From: Candidatus Cloacimonadales bacterium
GTDB lineage: Bacteria > Cloacimonadota > Cloacimonadia > Cloacimonadales > JAIOQZ01
Assembly: GCA_963665815.1 (NCBI GenBank)
Contig: OY762463.1
Span: 1,888,001 to 1,952,000 of the forward strand
DNA length: 64,000 nt
Direction: 5' to 3'
Shown: positions 39,253-48,646 of the stretch, piece after piece
Position numbering within the stretch: the first letter of the stretch is position 1
Layout of the letters: each line of letters opens with the position of its first letter
The notes under the pieces: generated by a model
The model's input: the letters and a program-made list of their open reading frames with translations, nothing else
What the model was told of the DNA's origin: nothing
Databases searched by the model: none
Position numbers and translations under genes: made by a program

Positions 39253-41354
39253 GATGTAGCCTTTGTCTGTGGAATTGAGAATGTTTTTCTCATCTTGAAT
39301 TCTGCTTTTTTACCATCATTCCATTGAGACACTGGTCTCAGATAGCCAGTAACACGTGAATAGACTTCGCAGATTTCCCCACATCTCGGGCATGTCTCGT
39401 TTTCCCCGTTAATATAACCATGATTTGGGCAGATACTGAATGTCGGAGTAAACGTAAAATAAGGTAGACGATAGCCATTGCAGATTTTTCTGACCAGATT
39501 CTTCACAGAATTATAGTTATTTATCTGTTCCCCCCCAAATATATGGAGCACTGTACCACCAGTGTATTTCGTTTGAAGTTCATCCTGAGATTCCAGAACT
39601 TCGAATACGTCTGTAGTATAGTTAACAGGAAGCTGAGATGAGTTTGTATAGAAAGGATCACTGTTATTATCAACATGTTCGTTTGCAACAACAATATCTC
39701 TGTACCTTTTCTTATCAATTCTGGCAAGTCTGTAACTGGTTCCTTCAGCAGGAGTTGCCTCGAGGTTGTAATTATTTCCTGTGTTTTCCTGATAGCTTAT
39801 CAGTCTGTCTCTCATGAAGTCCATCACTTCTATGGCAAACTTGTTTCCTTCAGGATTATCAATTCCACAACCAAGAAGGTTTTGAGAAGCTTCGTTCATA
39901 CCAACAAGACCGATTGTGGAAAAGTGATTCTTCCAGAACTGTCCAAATCTTTCATAAACATTCTTAAGGTAGAATTTTGTATATGGATACAGACATCTTT
40001 CTGTAAATTTTTCTAGCACTTTTCTTTTGATTTCCAGACTGTCTCTTGCCTGATCCATCAGTTCACCGAGTCTTGCATAAAAATCTTCTTTATCTTCTGC
40101 AAGATAACCAATTCTTGGCAGGTTCATTGTAACAACACCAATTGATCCGGTTAAAGGATTAGCACCAAATAGTCCGCCACCTCTTGCTTCCAGCTTTCTT
40201 GTGTCCAGTCTCAGACGACAGCACATGGAACGTGCGTCATTGGGATCCATATCGGAATTTACAAAATTAGAGAAATATGGTATTCCGTACTTAGCAGTAA
40301 CTTCCCAGATTCTTGTCGCAACTTCAGATTCCCAGTTGAAATCCTTAGTGATATTGTATGTCGGGATCGGGAATGTAAATACTCTGCCTTTAGCATCTCC
40401 TTCTGTCATTACTTCGAGGAAAGCAAGATTGATCATATCTATTTCTTTCTGATAATCACTATATGTAGTTTCTTGAGGTTCTCCACCGATAATTACAGGG
40501 GTATCCTTATAAGTATCTGGAACAACAAGATCTAATGTTATATTAGTGAAAGGAGTCTGAAATCCTACTCTGGTCGGAACATTTATATTGAAAATAAACT
40601 CCTGCATGGCCTGTTTAACCTGATCATAATCAAGATTATCTTTTCTGATAAACGGAGCAAGAAGTGTATCAAAGTTTGAGAATGCCTGAGCACCTGCTGC
40701 TTCTCCCTGAAGAGTATAGAAGAAGTTAACAATCTGACCGAGAATAGAGCGGAAATGCTTTGCCGGTTTTGATTCTATCTTACCTGAAGCACCCTTGAAG
40801 CCTATAACCAGCAAATCCATCAAATCCCAGCCTACACAATAAACTGAGATCTGTCCCAGATCGTGAATATGGATGTTACCATTCAGATGAGAGTTTTTGA
40901 TTTCCGGAGGATAAATTTTATTAAGCCAGTATACTTTACTGATTTCTGAAGCGATGTAGTTATTGAGTCCCTGAAGAGAATATGCCATATTGGAGTTTTC
41001 TTTAATCTGCCAGTCGAGTTTTTCAATATACTGATCAATGAGATTCACATTGGATTTGGAGATAATCTCTCTGATTTTTGCGTGCTGATCTCTGTATAAG
41101 ATATATGATTTTGCTGTCTTCTTGTATGGTGAAGCAAGCAGAACATCTTCTACGAGATCCTGAATCTGTTCAACTGATGGAATCGGATCCTTTATTACTT
41201 CAAGTGCAAGATTCAAAACTCTGATTGTCAGTTTCTCAGCAATTTCTTCATTGAACTCCTGAGTTACAGAACCAGCTCTAAGAATGGCATTAATTATTTT
41301 CTGTGAATCGAATGGAACAGTTTCCTGATTTCTCTTCATTATGTATTGAAACAT
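39249..41354 (-). CDS. nrdD: Class III ribonucleoside-triphosphate reductase with ATP cone
   Basis: N-terminal ATP cone (KR...PFD..KI), HIHDL, RSMCCRL, CPNHG..CPRC, glycyl-radical YSRVTGYLRP; start adjusted to ATG at 41354 after GGAGG. Confidence 0.95.
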   Translation of the reverse strand: MFQYIMKRNQETVPFDSQKIINAILRAGSVTQEFNEEIAEKLTIRVLNLALEVIKDPIPSVEQIQDLVEDVLLASPYKKTAKSYILYRDQHAKIREIISKSNVNLIDQYIEKLDWQIKENSNMAYSLQGLNNYIASEISKVYWLNKIYPPEIKNSHLNGNIHIHDLGQISVYCVGWDLMDLLVIGFKGASGKIESKPAKHFRSILGQIVNFFYTLQGEAAGAQAFSNFDTLLAPFIRKDNLDYDQVKQAMQEFIFNINVPTRVGFQTPFTNITLDLVVPDTYKDTPVIIGGEPQETTYSDYQKEIDMINLAFLEVMTEGDAKGRVFTFPIPTYNITKDFNWESEVATRIWEVTAKYGIPYFSNFVNSDMDPNDARSMCCRLRLDTRKLEARGGGLFGANPLTGSIGVVTMNLPRIGYLAEDKEDFYARLGELMDQARDSLEIKRKVLEKFTERCLYPYTKFYLKNVYERFGQFWKNHFSTIGLVGMNEASQNLLGCGIDNPEGNKFAIEVMDFMRDRLISYQENTGNNYNLEATPAEGTSYRLARIDKKRYRDIVVANEHVDNNSDPFYTNSSQLPVNYTTDVFEVLESQDELQTKYTGGTVLHIFGGEQINNYNSVKNLVRKICNGYRLPYFTFTPTFSICPNHGYINGENETCPRCGEICEVYSRVTGYLRPVSQWNDGKKAEFKMRKTFSIPQTKATS

Positions 41355-41437
41355 CTCTCCTCCAGGCTTCTCTATATTTATCTCATTAATTTTCAACCAG
41401 TTAAGCATACGATGACGCATTTGTATAAATTTAATAG

Positions 41438-41453
41438 TAACAAGATTTAGTTG
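41438..41453. promoter_or_regulatory. Candidate NrdR box upstream of nrdD
   Basis: Minus-strand CAACTAAATCTTGTTA resembles acaCwAtATaTwGtgt and lies just downstream of a TTGACA-anchored promoter (41479-41484). Confidence 0.5.
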
Positions 41454-41564
41454 TTATTTGAGAAGTAGATAAGCAATCTGTCAATAATATTTTTTTTTCG
41501 AAAAGTATAGAAATTTGTGAGCTCTTTATACGAGTAGACTTACGGAAAAATATTTTTTTTACAC

Positions 41565-41594
41565 AAAAAAAGACCGAAAAAAATTCGGTCTTTT
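41565..41594 (-). terminator. Rho-independent terminator
   Basis: AAAAGACCGAA/TTCGGTCTTTT perfect stem after the stop at 41618. Confidence 0.8.
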
Positions 41595-41617
41595 ATCTAA
41601 AATTGTACCGGTTCTTG

Positions 41618-43390
41618 CTATTCGAATGAACCCTTAGTACCATCAATATATTTATTCATTGTTTTGATTTCTTCTCTTGCTTCATTTTTCTCGCCGGTCA
41701 TACCAACTGATACAGCCTTTTGAAGAATTTTTTTACACTGATTGAATTTTGAGTTAGACTGTTTTCTCAGATTATCTCTTTTCTCGATTTCACTGTTAAG
41801 CTCATCGCCATACATGTTTCCTTCATCGATTTTATTCTTAACCTGATTATATTTGTTGTAATAGCCCAATCCAATTTTATATTGAATCTTGTAATCAAAC
41901 ATATATGCTGAAAAAGCGTCTGCTTCAACCTGTTGTGCTTTTTTAACATAATCTGTTGCATTATTAAATTGATTGATATTGTAATATAATCTTGATATTT
42001 TCATGTATATATCGAATTTTTCATCACTGTCACTCTCAAGGGTTTTATATATATTGATAGCTGAAACAGCATTTTCTTTCTGTTTTGCAGTATTACCTTT
42101 TTCCTTGAAGATCTTACTGTTATAAGCATATAATTCAGCTGTTTTCTCTCTGATATCCACATGATTTCCAAATTTATCTTTCACATCATCAAGAGTAGCA
42201 ATACCTTTATTATTTGCTTCTATTGCAGAATCATACATTCCTTCATTGAAATCAGTTCTGGCAAGATTCATATATGCTGAAGCAAGCTTAATATAGTTAG
42301 ACATCACATCAGGTTTGCCTGAAATTATTTCTTTAAGGTTGTCGATAGCAGCCTCTGTCTGTCCACTTTGCTGGTAGGATTTTGCCAGTTTTGAAGCTAT
42401 ATCATTATCATCAGGAAACTCTGCACTTACCATTTCAAGATATGGGATTGCTTCTTCGAATTCAGCTTCATTGTACTTCAGCAAACCAAGCTGATAAGCT
42501 GCTCTCATATAGTTTTCATCAATCTCAAGAGCTTTTTCATAGCAATCAGCAGCTTCCATGGAATCAAAAAGCTTTTCATTAATCTGACCAAGTCTGAACC
42601 AGTACTCTTTATTATCCGTAGATTCAGCAATCGGAGCTAAAGCTTCCTTAGCTTCGTCAAATTTACCGGCTGCAAAATATGAATCAACAAGCCCTGAAAC
42701 AAGAAATTCGTCATTGCCGTTTTCACTGATTCCTGATTCGTATGTGTTTATCGCATCATTTACTTTTTGCTGTTGAAGATAGCTAAATCCAAGCAGAGAA
42801 TAAACATCTGTATTTTTCTTATCCATTGTAAGATATTCATTAAGTTTGGCAATTGCATCATTGTAGTTTTCACTATCGATAAACTGCTGTGCAAGGTTAA
42901 GCAATCTTGCCAACTTTTCAGTTGAAGCCTCAGCTACCTTATCAAAGAGCTCCTTCTTAAGAGCTTCAATCCTTTCGCTGGATTTTCTTGTTACGGTAAA
43001 ACGATACTGCTTTAAATCTCCTGATTGTACAATAAGCATAAAGGCTGTAACATCAAAAGCACCTTTATCCGCTGAGGATCCAACCTGTCCCCAGATCAGA
43101 CTTTCACATCCAAGCTCTTTACAGATTTCCATTTTTTTATCCATACCAAGAGAAAGTGATGACTTTACACCATACTTCTTCAGTATTTTTTTTGCTTCTT
43201 TATAATCATTTATTTTGTAATCAGGATAAGCTTCAGATACTTTCTTCATGTCTCGACCATTCATTGATTTTACCAGAGCACCGGAAGAAGAATCTGTTTT
43301 CTCGAATCCAAGGAATCCGATATTTGTTTCTGCTACAGCCAGTTGACATAGAAGCAGAATTATGACAAAGATTATGCTGAATTTCGACAT
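41618..43390 (-). CDS. Exported tetratricopeptide-repeat protein
   Basis: Signal peptide; repeated TPR patterns (YSLLGFSY, WFRLGQI, AYQLGLL, YEKALEID). Confidence 0.85.
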   Translation of the reverse strand: MSKFSIIFVIILLLCQLAVAETNIGFLGFEKTDSSSGALVKSMNGRDMKKVSEAYPDYKINDYKEAKKILKKYGVKSSLSLGMDKKMEICKELGCESLIWGQVGSSADKGAFDVTAFMLIVQSGDLKQYRFTVTRKSSERIEALKKELFDKVAEASTEKLARLLNLAQQFIDSENYNDAIAKLNEYLTMDKKNTDVYSLLGFSYLQQQKVNDAINTYESGISENGNDEFLVSGLVDSYFAAGKFDEAKEALAPIAESTDNKEYWFRLGQINEKLFDSMEAADCYEKALEIDENYMRAAYQLGLLKYNEAEFEEAIPYLEMVSAEFPDDNDIASKLAKSYQQSGQTEAAIDNLKEIISGKPDVMSNYIKLASAYMNLARTDFNEGMYDSAIEANNKGIATLDDVKDKFGNHVDIREKTAELYAYNSKIFKEKGNTAKQKENAVSAINIYKTLESDSDEKFDIYMKISRLYYNINQFNNATDYVKKAQQVEADAFSAYMFDYKIQYKIGLGYYNKYNQVKNKIDEGNMYGDELNSEIEKRDNLRKQSNSKFNQCKKILQKAVSVGMTGEKNEAREEIKTMNKYIDGTKGSFE

Positions 43391-43546
43391 AATACCTCCA
43401 AATTAATATTTTTCAGTGTGAATTTCTAAAAGACCCGATAATTAGGCAAGGAATTTTTCTATGCAGTCATATAAACTCGGTTCTTCATATTTTGCTTGAC
43501 ATTAATAGCATCGTATTTTTTTCTGCGATTCACATTAACTTTAAGC

Positions 43547-43623
43547 GCGCCTGTGGCTCAATTGGATAGAGCATCGCACTACGGATGCGAAGGTTTGGGG
43601 TTCGAATCCCTACAGGCGTGCCA
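43547..43623 (+). tRNA. tRNA-Arg(ACG)
   Basis: Cloverleaf: acceptor GCGCCTG/CAGGCGT, anticodon arm TCGCA-CTACGGA-TGCGA, T-loop GTTCGAATC, encoded CCA. Confidence 0.97.
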
Positions 43624-43812
43624 TTTTTTTATCACTTCTATTTACTTTTCATTTATCATTAATGCAAATTCCATACCATTTACTGAAACCCTATTCAGTT
43701 TACTCTTGTATTATGCGTTCAGAGAACAAAATATTCTCTATTTAAAAACTTCTTCTGGTTTAGTAACGTAAAAAGTATTATAATAGTTTCATAATAATCA
43801 AGAGGAGTATTT

Positions 43813-44166
43813 ATGCAAAACACTGTTGAAGTGCTTAATTCAATAATTATTCAGATATGCCATATACTGGCAATGTTTACTATTTTTACCGGTGTAGTTA
43901 AAGGAACATACATCTATATTAAAGATGCAATCCTCAAAAAAGCCGCAGCTTCAGCTATTCAGGAAAGCAGAAATGAACTTGGTCATGCCTTTTCGCTTGG
44001 ACTTGGCTTCCTCATCGGTGCGAGTATACTCAAAACCTCCCTGGCACCCCAATGGAACGATATTGGTCAGCTCTCAGCAATCATTGCCATAAGAACAATA
44101 TTAACTCATTTCCTGCTTAAAGATATCAAGAAAAAGAATAGAGAATGTGAGGATAAGACAGATTGA
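43813..44166 (+). CDS. DUF1622-like membrane protein
   Basis: R.ELG...SLGL.FLIGASILKT...P.W...GQL.AI.AIRT.L pattern. Confidence 0.8.
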   Translation: MQNTVEVLNSIIIQICHILAMFTIFTGVVKGTYIYIKDAILKKAAASAIQESRNELGHAFSLGLGFLIGASILKTSLAPQWNDIGQLSAIIAIRTILTHFLLKDIKKKNRECEDKTD

Positions 44167-44273
44167 GAATACTAAAGCCATCTTCCTGTGAAGCTTCTCT
44201 CAATTGCAGAAAGAGATATCTGAGATGGAATTATCTTTGTTCAGGAGGATTTTTCAATGAAGTTGAGGAGGTT

Positions 44274-45563
44274 TTAAAGAGCAGTATTTACAACCTTCAG
44301 TGAATCCCATGGAAAACTTTTAACTATGTTTTTAGTCTCCGGATCTAATATTGCAAAATAACACCCATCTCTTCCCTCCATCAAACCCAACAAGAGATTT
44401 CTATTGGGTATGTATTGCAGATTAAAGATTGTATTTCTTTTTTCACTGTAATTTTTCCCATTAATCTTATCTGTTAAGTCTGTTATAGTTTTTTTCTGAA
44501 AATTGATTTTATAAAGACCGGCGTGATTTGAAGAAACAATGTATTTACGTGCATCTGTTAATTTTTTTGGAGAAATTCCCATAAACATACCGAAGTGCAA
44601 TCTTGCATCTTTTCTCCTCATATCTATCTTGCAATACAATGTATCAGCATCATTTTTCTCAAAGAACAGCAACTTGAATGGTTCATTATAAACATCTAAA
44701 CCGAGAATTAAAGTTTTAAAATCTTTACAAATACCCAAACCAAACTTATACAGGCCGGACCAAATCTTCTTCAGTACTGTTTTTTTCTCTCCTGGTTCTT
44801 TAAAAGTTGGTGTCAATTGAAAAGGCCAGCTATCCAGCAGGTTGCCTTTATAGCTCATGTTTATCCGCGAAATACTCCTGTCTGTTATCGAGAACTCATA
44901 AAAACCTGATGGAAAACTCTTTCTGTTGAAAGGGTATCCATAACTTTCCTCAATATCAATCCTGTATTGCTTGTCCCCAATTATCCTGAAATATATTTTT
45001 TGGTTCTCTTCATCATACACACAATCACCCACTCCACCTAATCCATATTCAGTCAGCCGGGTAACTTTCTTCGACTTTATGTCAACTTCGAAGTAATCTG
45101 AGTTATGGATTATTGGAATTCTTCCTCCACGATCAAAAAAAATTCTCCTTGAACCCAGAAGATATATTTTTGAGTCATCGGAGTTTATGAAATAGTTATA
45201 AAATAACAAACTGTCATTTTGGAAAATCCTCTCTTTATTCGAACCATCACTGTTCATTCTGTATATTGATGGATATCCAGAAACGAAGTGGTGTTCAGGA
45301 TATGGAGCAAAGTAAATCTGTTTTCCATCATTAGAAGGCTGTATTCTAGTTAAGTGGTCATTAGATGTATAAGTATGCAACACTCTTTCATCGATGTTTA
45401 ATTTACAATATGTTAATGTTCCATTAACATCCATTGAAAAGTATGCACAGTTATCTACAATCTCAAATACACGATGATGTGTTAAAGAAAATTCAGCCTG
45501 CAGGTGTATTCTCAAAAAGATCAAAATAAGAATAGTTATTAATACTCTTAGATTCAAATTCAT
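44274..45563 (-). CDS. Hypothetical exported protein, TolB-like beta-propeller
   Basis: Signal peptide; PSNDGKQIYF, SIYRMNSDGS, TRLT repeats. Confidence 0.55.
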   Translation of the reverse strand: MNLNLRVLITILILIFLRIHLQAEFSLTHHRVFEIVDNCAYFSMDVNGTLTYCKLNIDERVLHTYTSNDHLTRIQPSNDGKQIYFAPYPEHHFVSGYPSIYRMNSDGSNKERIFQNDSLLFYNYFINSDDSKIYLLGSRRIFFDRGGRIPIIHNSDYFEVDIKSKKVTRLTEYGLGGVGDCVYDEENQKIYFRIIGDKQYRIDIEESYGYPFNRKSFPSGFYEFSITDRSISRINMSYKGNLLDSWPFQLTPTFKEPGEKKTVLKKIWSGLYKFGLGICKDFKTLILGLDVYNEPFKLLFFEKNDADTLYCKIDMRRKDARLHFGMFMGISPKKLTDARKYIVSSNHAGLYKINFQKKTITDLTDKINGKNYSEKRNTIFNLQYIPNRNLLLGLMEGRDGCYFAILDPETKNIVKSFPWDSLKVVNTAL

Positions 45564-45652
45564 AACAGCTCCTTTAAAATGATACCTCTATTCCATTACT
45601 TCTAGTTATCTGCATTTAAAGCAATTGTAAATGATAAAAAACCATTGTGAAT

Positions 45653-46060
45653 TTACTTTATTACAACTTTATCAATCTTATAAACAAATAATCGATCTTT
45701 CACATACGTTTTAGCATGCTTGTATCCCCCGAAATAATAATCAAGATGCTTATTATAGGAAAGTCTATTATAATGCATTTCCTTCAGCTTTCGATTAAAG
45801 GTAATTAACAAGTTATGTTTACTGGAATCAACTTCCGGAAGTTCTATTGAGTACTTCTCACTATAAAATAGCCTGTACCTATCCTCAGTAATAAATAGCG
45901 GAGGATGATAAATATGCTCCAACGAACCATCAATAGCAGAGCTATTACTCCTGTACTCATATTCACTCATAAATTCAGGATTTACACATACTCGAAAAAC
46001 TGTTATTGTTAATATATAAATAAGGATAATAATTGTTATCGTAATAACATGAACTTTCAT
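45653..46060 (-). CDS. Hypothetical protein with N-terminal membrane anchor
   Basis: 135-aa ORF with hydrophobic N-terminus; GGAG upstream. Confidence 0.5.
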   Translation of the reverse strand: MKVHVITITIIILIYILTITVFRVCVNPEFMSEYEYRSNSSAIDGSLEHIYHPPLFITEDRYRLFYSEKYSIELPEVDSSKHNLLITFNRKLKEMHYNRLSYNKHLDYYFGGYKHAKTYVKDRLFVYKIDKVVIK

Positions 46061-46564
46061 TTATTGATCTCCGCGACATAAATCGCAGTATTTACTGCCA
46101 AAAAAGTTTCTACCTGTCACAATCCAATCTCCTTATGCCTTTGATTTTACAATATTGGATTTACTGTCAAGGAAAGGTCAAGAAAATTGTTCACATGATT
46201 TCAGTATTATCAGGATAAAACCACGAAATACACTAAATGACACGAAAACAAGACTGAAAACAAAATTACTTGAATAATCATTTAACCCTTCTCATCATGA
46301 TCTAGTATCTTATTTGAGCAGCTAAAGTAGTACCCCCACATATAGTCCTATTCGCAATGGAACTGTCCTTGCGAAAGGTAGTATTGTTGTGTCAATCCGA
46401 AATTAACGTGGTCGACATGACCCTATATTAGACAATCGTCCGATTTTCTCTGCGCTTACAGCAGTACGGTACAAGCTCGTACAGACAAATTCCTCCCTAT
46501 TAAGGAGAGAGATTCAACTGTGTTGAATCAGAGAATCTTAATTACGAAACGATGATTATTGGAC

Positions 46565-47578
46565 CTACAATATCCTGAATCCTTTTGTAGAAAATGCATT
46601 CAAATCAAGATCTGAAAATTCCTTTCTATGTAGTTTTTCAACGGCTGCCGCCCCAATCATAGCTGCATTATCTGTGCAATACTTCAAAGACGGATATATC
46701 AGCTTCACCCTCCGTTTTGCAGCTTCCTTTTCCAGACGGTTTCTAAGTTCGCTGTTTGCGGAAACTCCACCGGCAAGTACAAGTTTCTTGATTCTGTGTT
46801 TATCGAGATAGTTTAGTGTCTTATATAGAAGATTGTCCACAATACCTTTCTGTACAGATGCAGCAATATCATATTTATGCTTTTCCAGCTCTTCCTGAGA
46901 ATGGCTTTCAATGAAGTTCCTGATTGCTGTTTTCAATCCGCTGAAACTGAAGTTATAGTTATCTTTCTTCTTCATTCCGATTGTGAATGACTGATATGAT
47001 GAATCACCTTGTTTAGCCAGTTTGTCAATAATCGGACCTCCCGGATAGCCCAGTCGAAGCAGTTTTGCACTTTTATCAAAAGCTTCACCGGCTGCATCAT
47101 CAATAGTTCTGCCGACAATCTCAAATTCACGTTCGGCAGTGAAATGAGCAAGTTCGGTATGTCCACCTGAAACAACCAATACCAGATAAGGTGCAACCAT
47201 TTCATCTTTATGCTCAATCATATTTACAGCTACGTGCCCCACCATGTGATTCACAGCAATAAGAGGTAATCCCAGCCCGTACGCCAGAGATTTAGCATAG
47301 GAAACACCTACGAGTAACGCACCGATAAGTCCCGGATTTACTGATACTGCTATAGCATCAATATCATCAAAAGTAACCTGAGCTTTTTTTAGTGCAGCTT
47401 CTGTAAGGTGAACAATATTTTTCAGGTGAACCCGGGATGCAAGTTCCGGGACAACTCCTCCGAACAGTTCATGTTCCGGTTGAGAGGATATCAGATTAGC
47501 ATGCACATTATATTCTGTATCTATCACAGCAACAGAGGTATCATCACAAGATGATTCGATTGCGAGTATTTTCTTCAT
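46565..47578 (-). CDS. tsaD: tRNA N6-threonylcarbamoyltransferase
   Basis: ILAIESSCDDT, GGVVPELASR, HMVGH, VSGGHT, DDAAGEAFDK, FSFSGLKT, TDNAAMI. Confidence 0.96.
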   Translation of the reverse strand: MKKILAIESSCDDTSVAVIDTEYNVHANLISSQPEHELFGGVVPELASRVHLKNIVHLTEAALKKAQVTFDDIDAIAVSVNPGLIGALLVGVSYAKSLAYGLGLPLIAVNHMVGHVAVNMIEHKDEMVAPYLVLVVSGGHTELAHFTAEREFEIVGRTIDDAAGEAFDKSAKLLRLGYPGGPIIDKLAKQGDSSYQSFTIGMKKKDNYNFSFSGLKTAIRNFIESHSQEELEKHKYDIAASVQKGIVDNLLYKTLNYLDKHRIKKLVLAGGVSANSELRNRLEKEAAKRRVKLIYPSLKYCTDNAAMIGAAAVEKLHRKEFSDLDLNAFSTKGFRIL

Positions 47579-47580
47579 AT

Positions 47581-48480
47581 CTATTCAGTTTCCTTTTTTA
47601 TCACTTGAACTTTTTGAGGTGTGTAATCAAGAATTTTAATTTCCGAACCAACACTAAATTTTACAGCCAGCATTTTTTTATCTTTTAGCTCATCATCATC
47701 TACATAAGCCTGAATATTCAGATTTGCTGTATTCTCCAGCAGTTCACTTCTCCCCTCTATTCTCACCATAGTTTTCTGGGGAACAAGAGAGAACTCTTTT
47801 TTATTTTTAAATCGGATTGGTACAAACAAGGATGCTTTTTTGATAACAATCTCTGAGCTTGTTTTCAGTTTAATAATGTCAGTTTCCAGAACAACTTCAG
47901 TATCAGGCTTTATCAGGTTTATTTCTTTTTTTCTGTCAGACATCATCTTTTCACTAAGCTTTATCGTATAAACTGCATCGAATTTATTGAGAGTGGTTTT
48001 AGGTCCTCTTATTTTTACATATTCAGGTTTGGGAATAAGTTTCTTGCTGATAAAGAAATTTCTGGCTTCATCGGTAACAAAATCCACATGTACTTTAACA
48101 GTCTTTTCGGAAATTCTGTCTGCCAAAATCTCAATAGAATTTTTAGAACCGATCAATGAGTAAGTAATATCCAAATTCTCAGGAAATTCAGGAATAAGCT
48201 GACCTGTCTCAAACTCATTTAATCCTGGTTTAAGATTTTTCACACTCAGTTTTAATTTCGGATCAGACATTCTCAGCATAAGAAGGTCCATACCTCTTCC
48301 TTCAAAAGCAACAACAACATCTGCCGGTCGGGTATCAACAATATAAATTTCTTTATTCAAATCTACAGCAGTGACCGGTATGTTCCATTGAACCCTGTGT
48401 TTACTAAGCACTACCATCATCATCCAGATTGCTATAGCAATTGCTACAGACAGTATTTTTAGAGTAATTCCTTTATTCAT
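47581..48480 (-). CDS. YbbR/CdaR-like protein
   Basis: KILSVAIAIAIW anchor and P..V.I.GP repeats characteristic of YbbR domains. Confidence 0.6.
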   Translation of the reverse strand: MNKGITLKILSVAIAIAIWMMMVVLSKHRVQWNIPVTAVDLNKEIYIVDTRPADVVVAFEGRGMDLLMLRMSDPKLKLSVKNLKPGLNEFETGQLIPEFPENLDITYSLIGSKNSIEILADRISEKTVKVHVDFVTDEARNFFISKKLIPKPEYVKIRGPKTTLNKFDAVYTIKLSEKMMSDRKKEINLIKPDTEVVLETDIIKLKTSSEIVIKKASLFVPIRFKNKKEFSLVPQKTMVRIEGRSELLENTANLNIQAYVDDDELKDKKMLAVKFSVGSEIKILDYTPQKVQVIKKETE

Positions 48481-48646
48481 AATTCTCCTGAAAATTCATT
48501 AAATAACAACTTGTAGACAATTTATTTAAACACTGATAAAATATTCAATATTTTTTTATTGCACAAAAAATAAACAGTGCAAAAAATGTCTTTTTAGATT
48601 ATATATGAAAAAAAATTAAATTAATGATACAGGAATCAGGAGGAAA

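Noticed and set aside
41355-41420. N-terminal extension of NrdD in the ORF track
   Set aside because: A strong SD precedes ATG 41354, where the ATP cone begins.
43496-43771. 91-aa ORF over the tRNA
   Set aside because: Spurious frame across tRNA-Arg.
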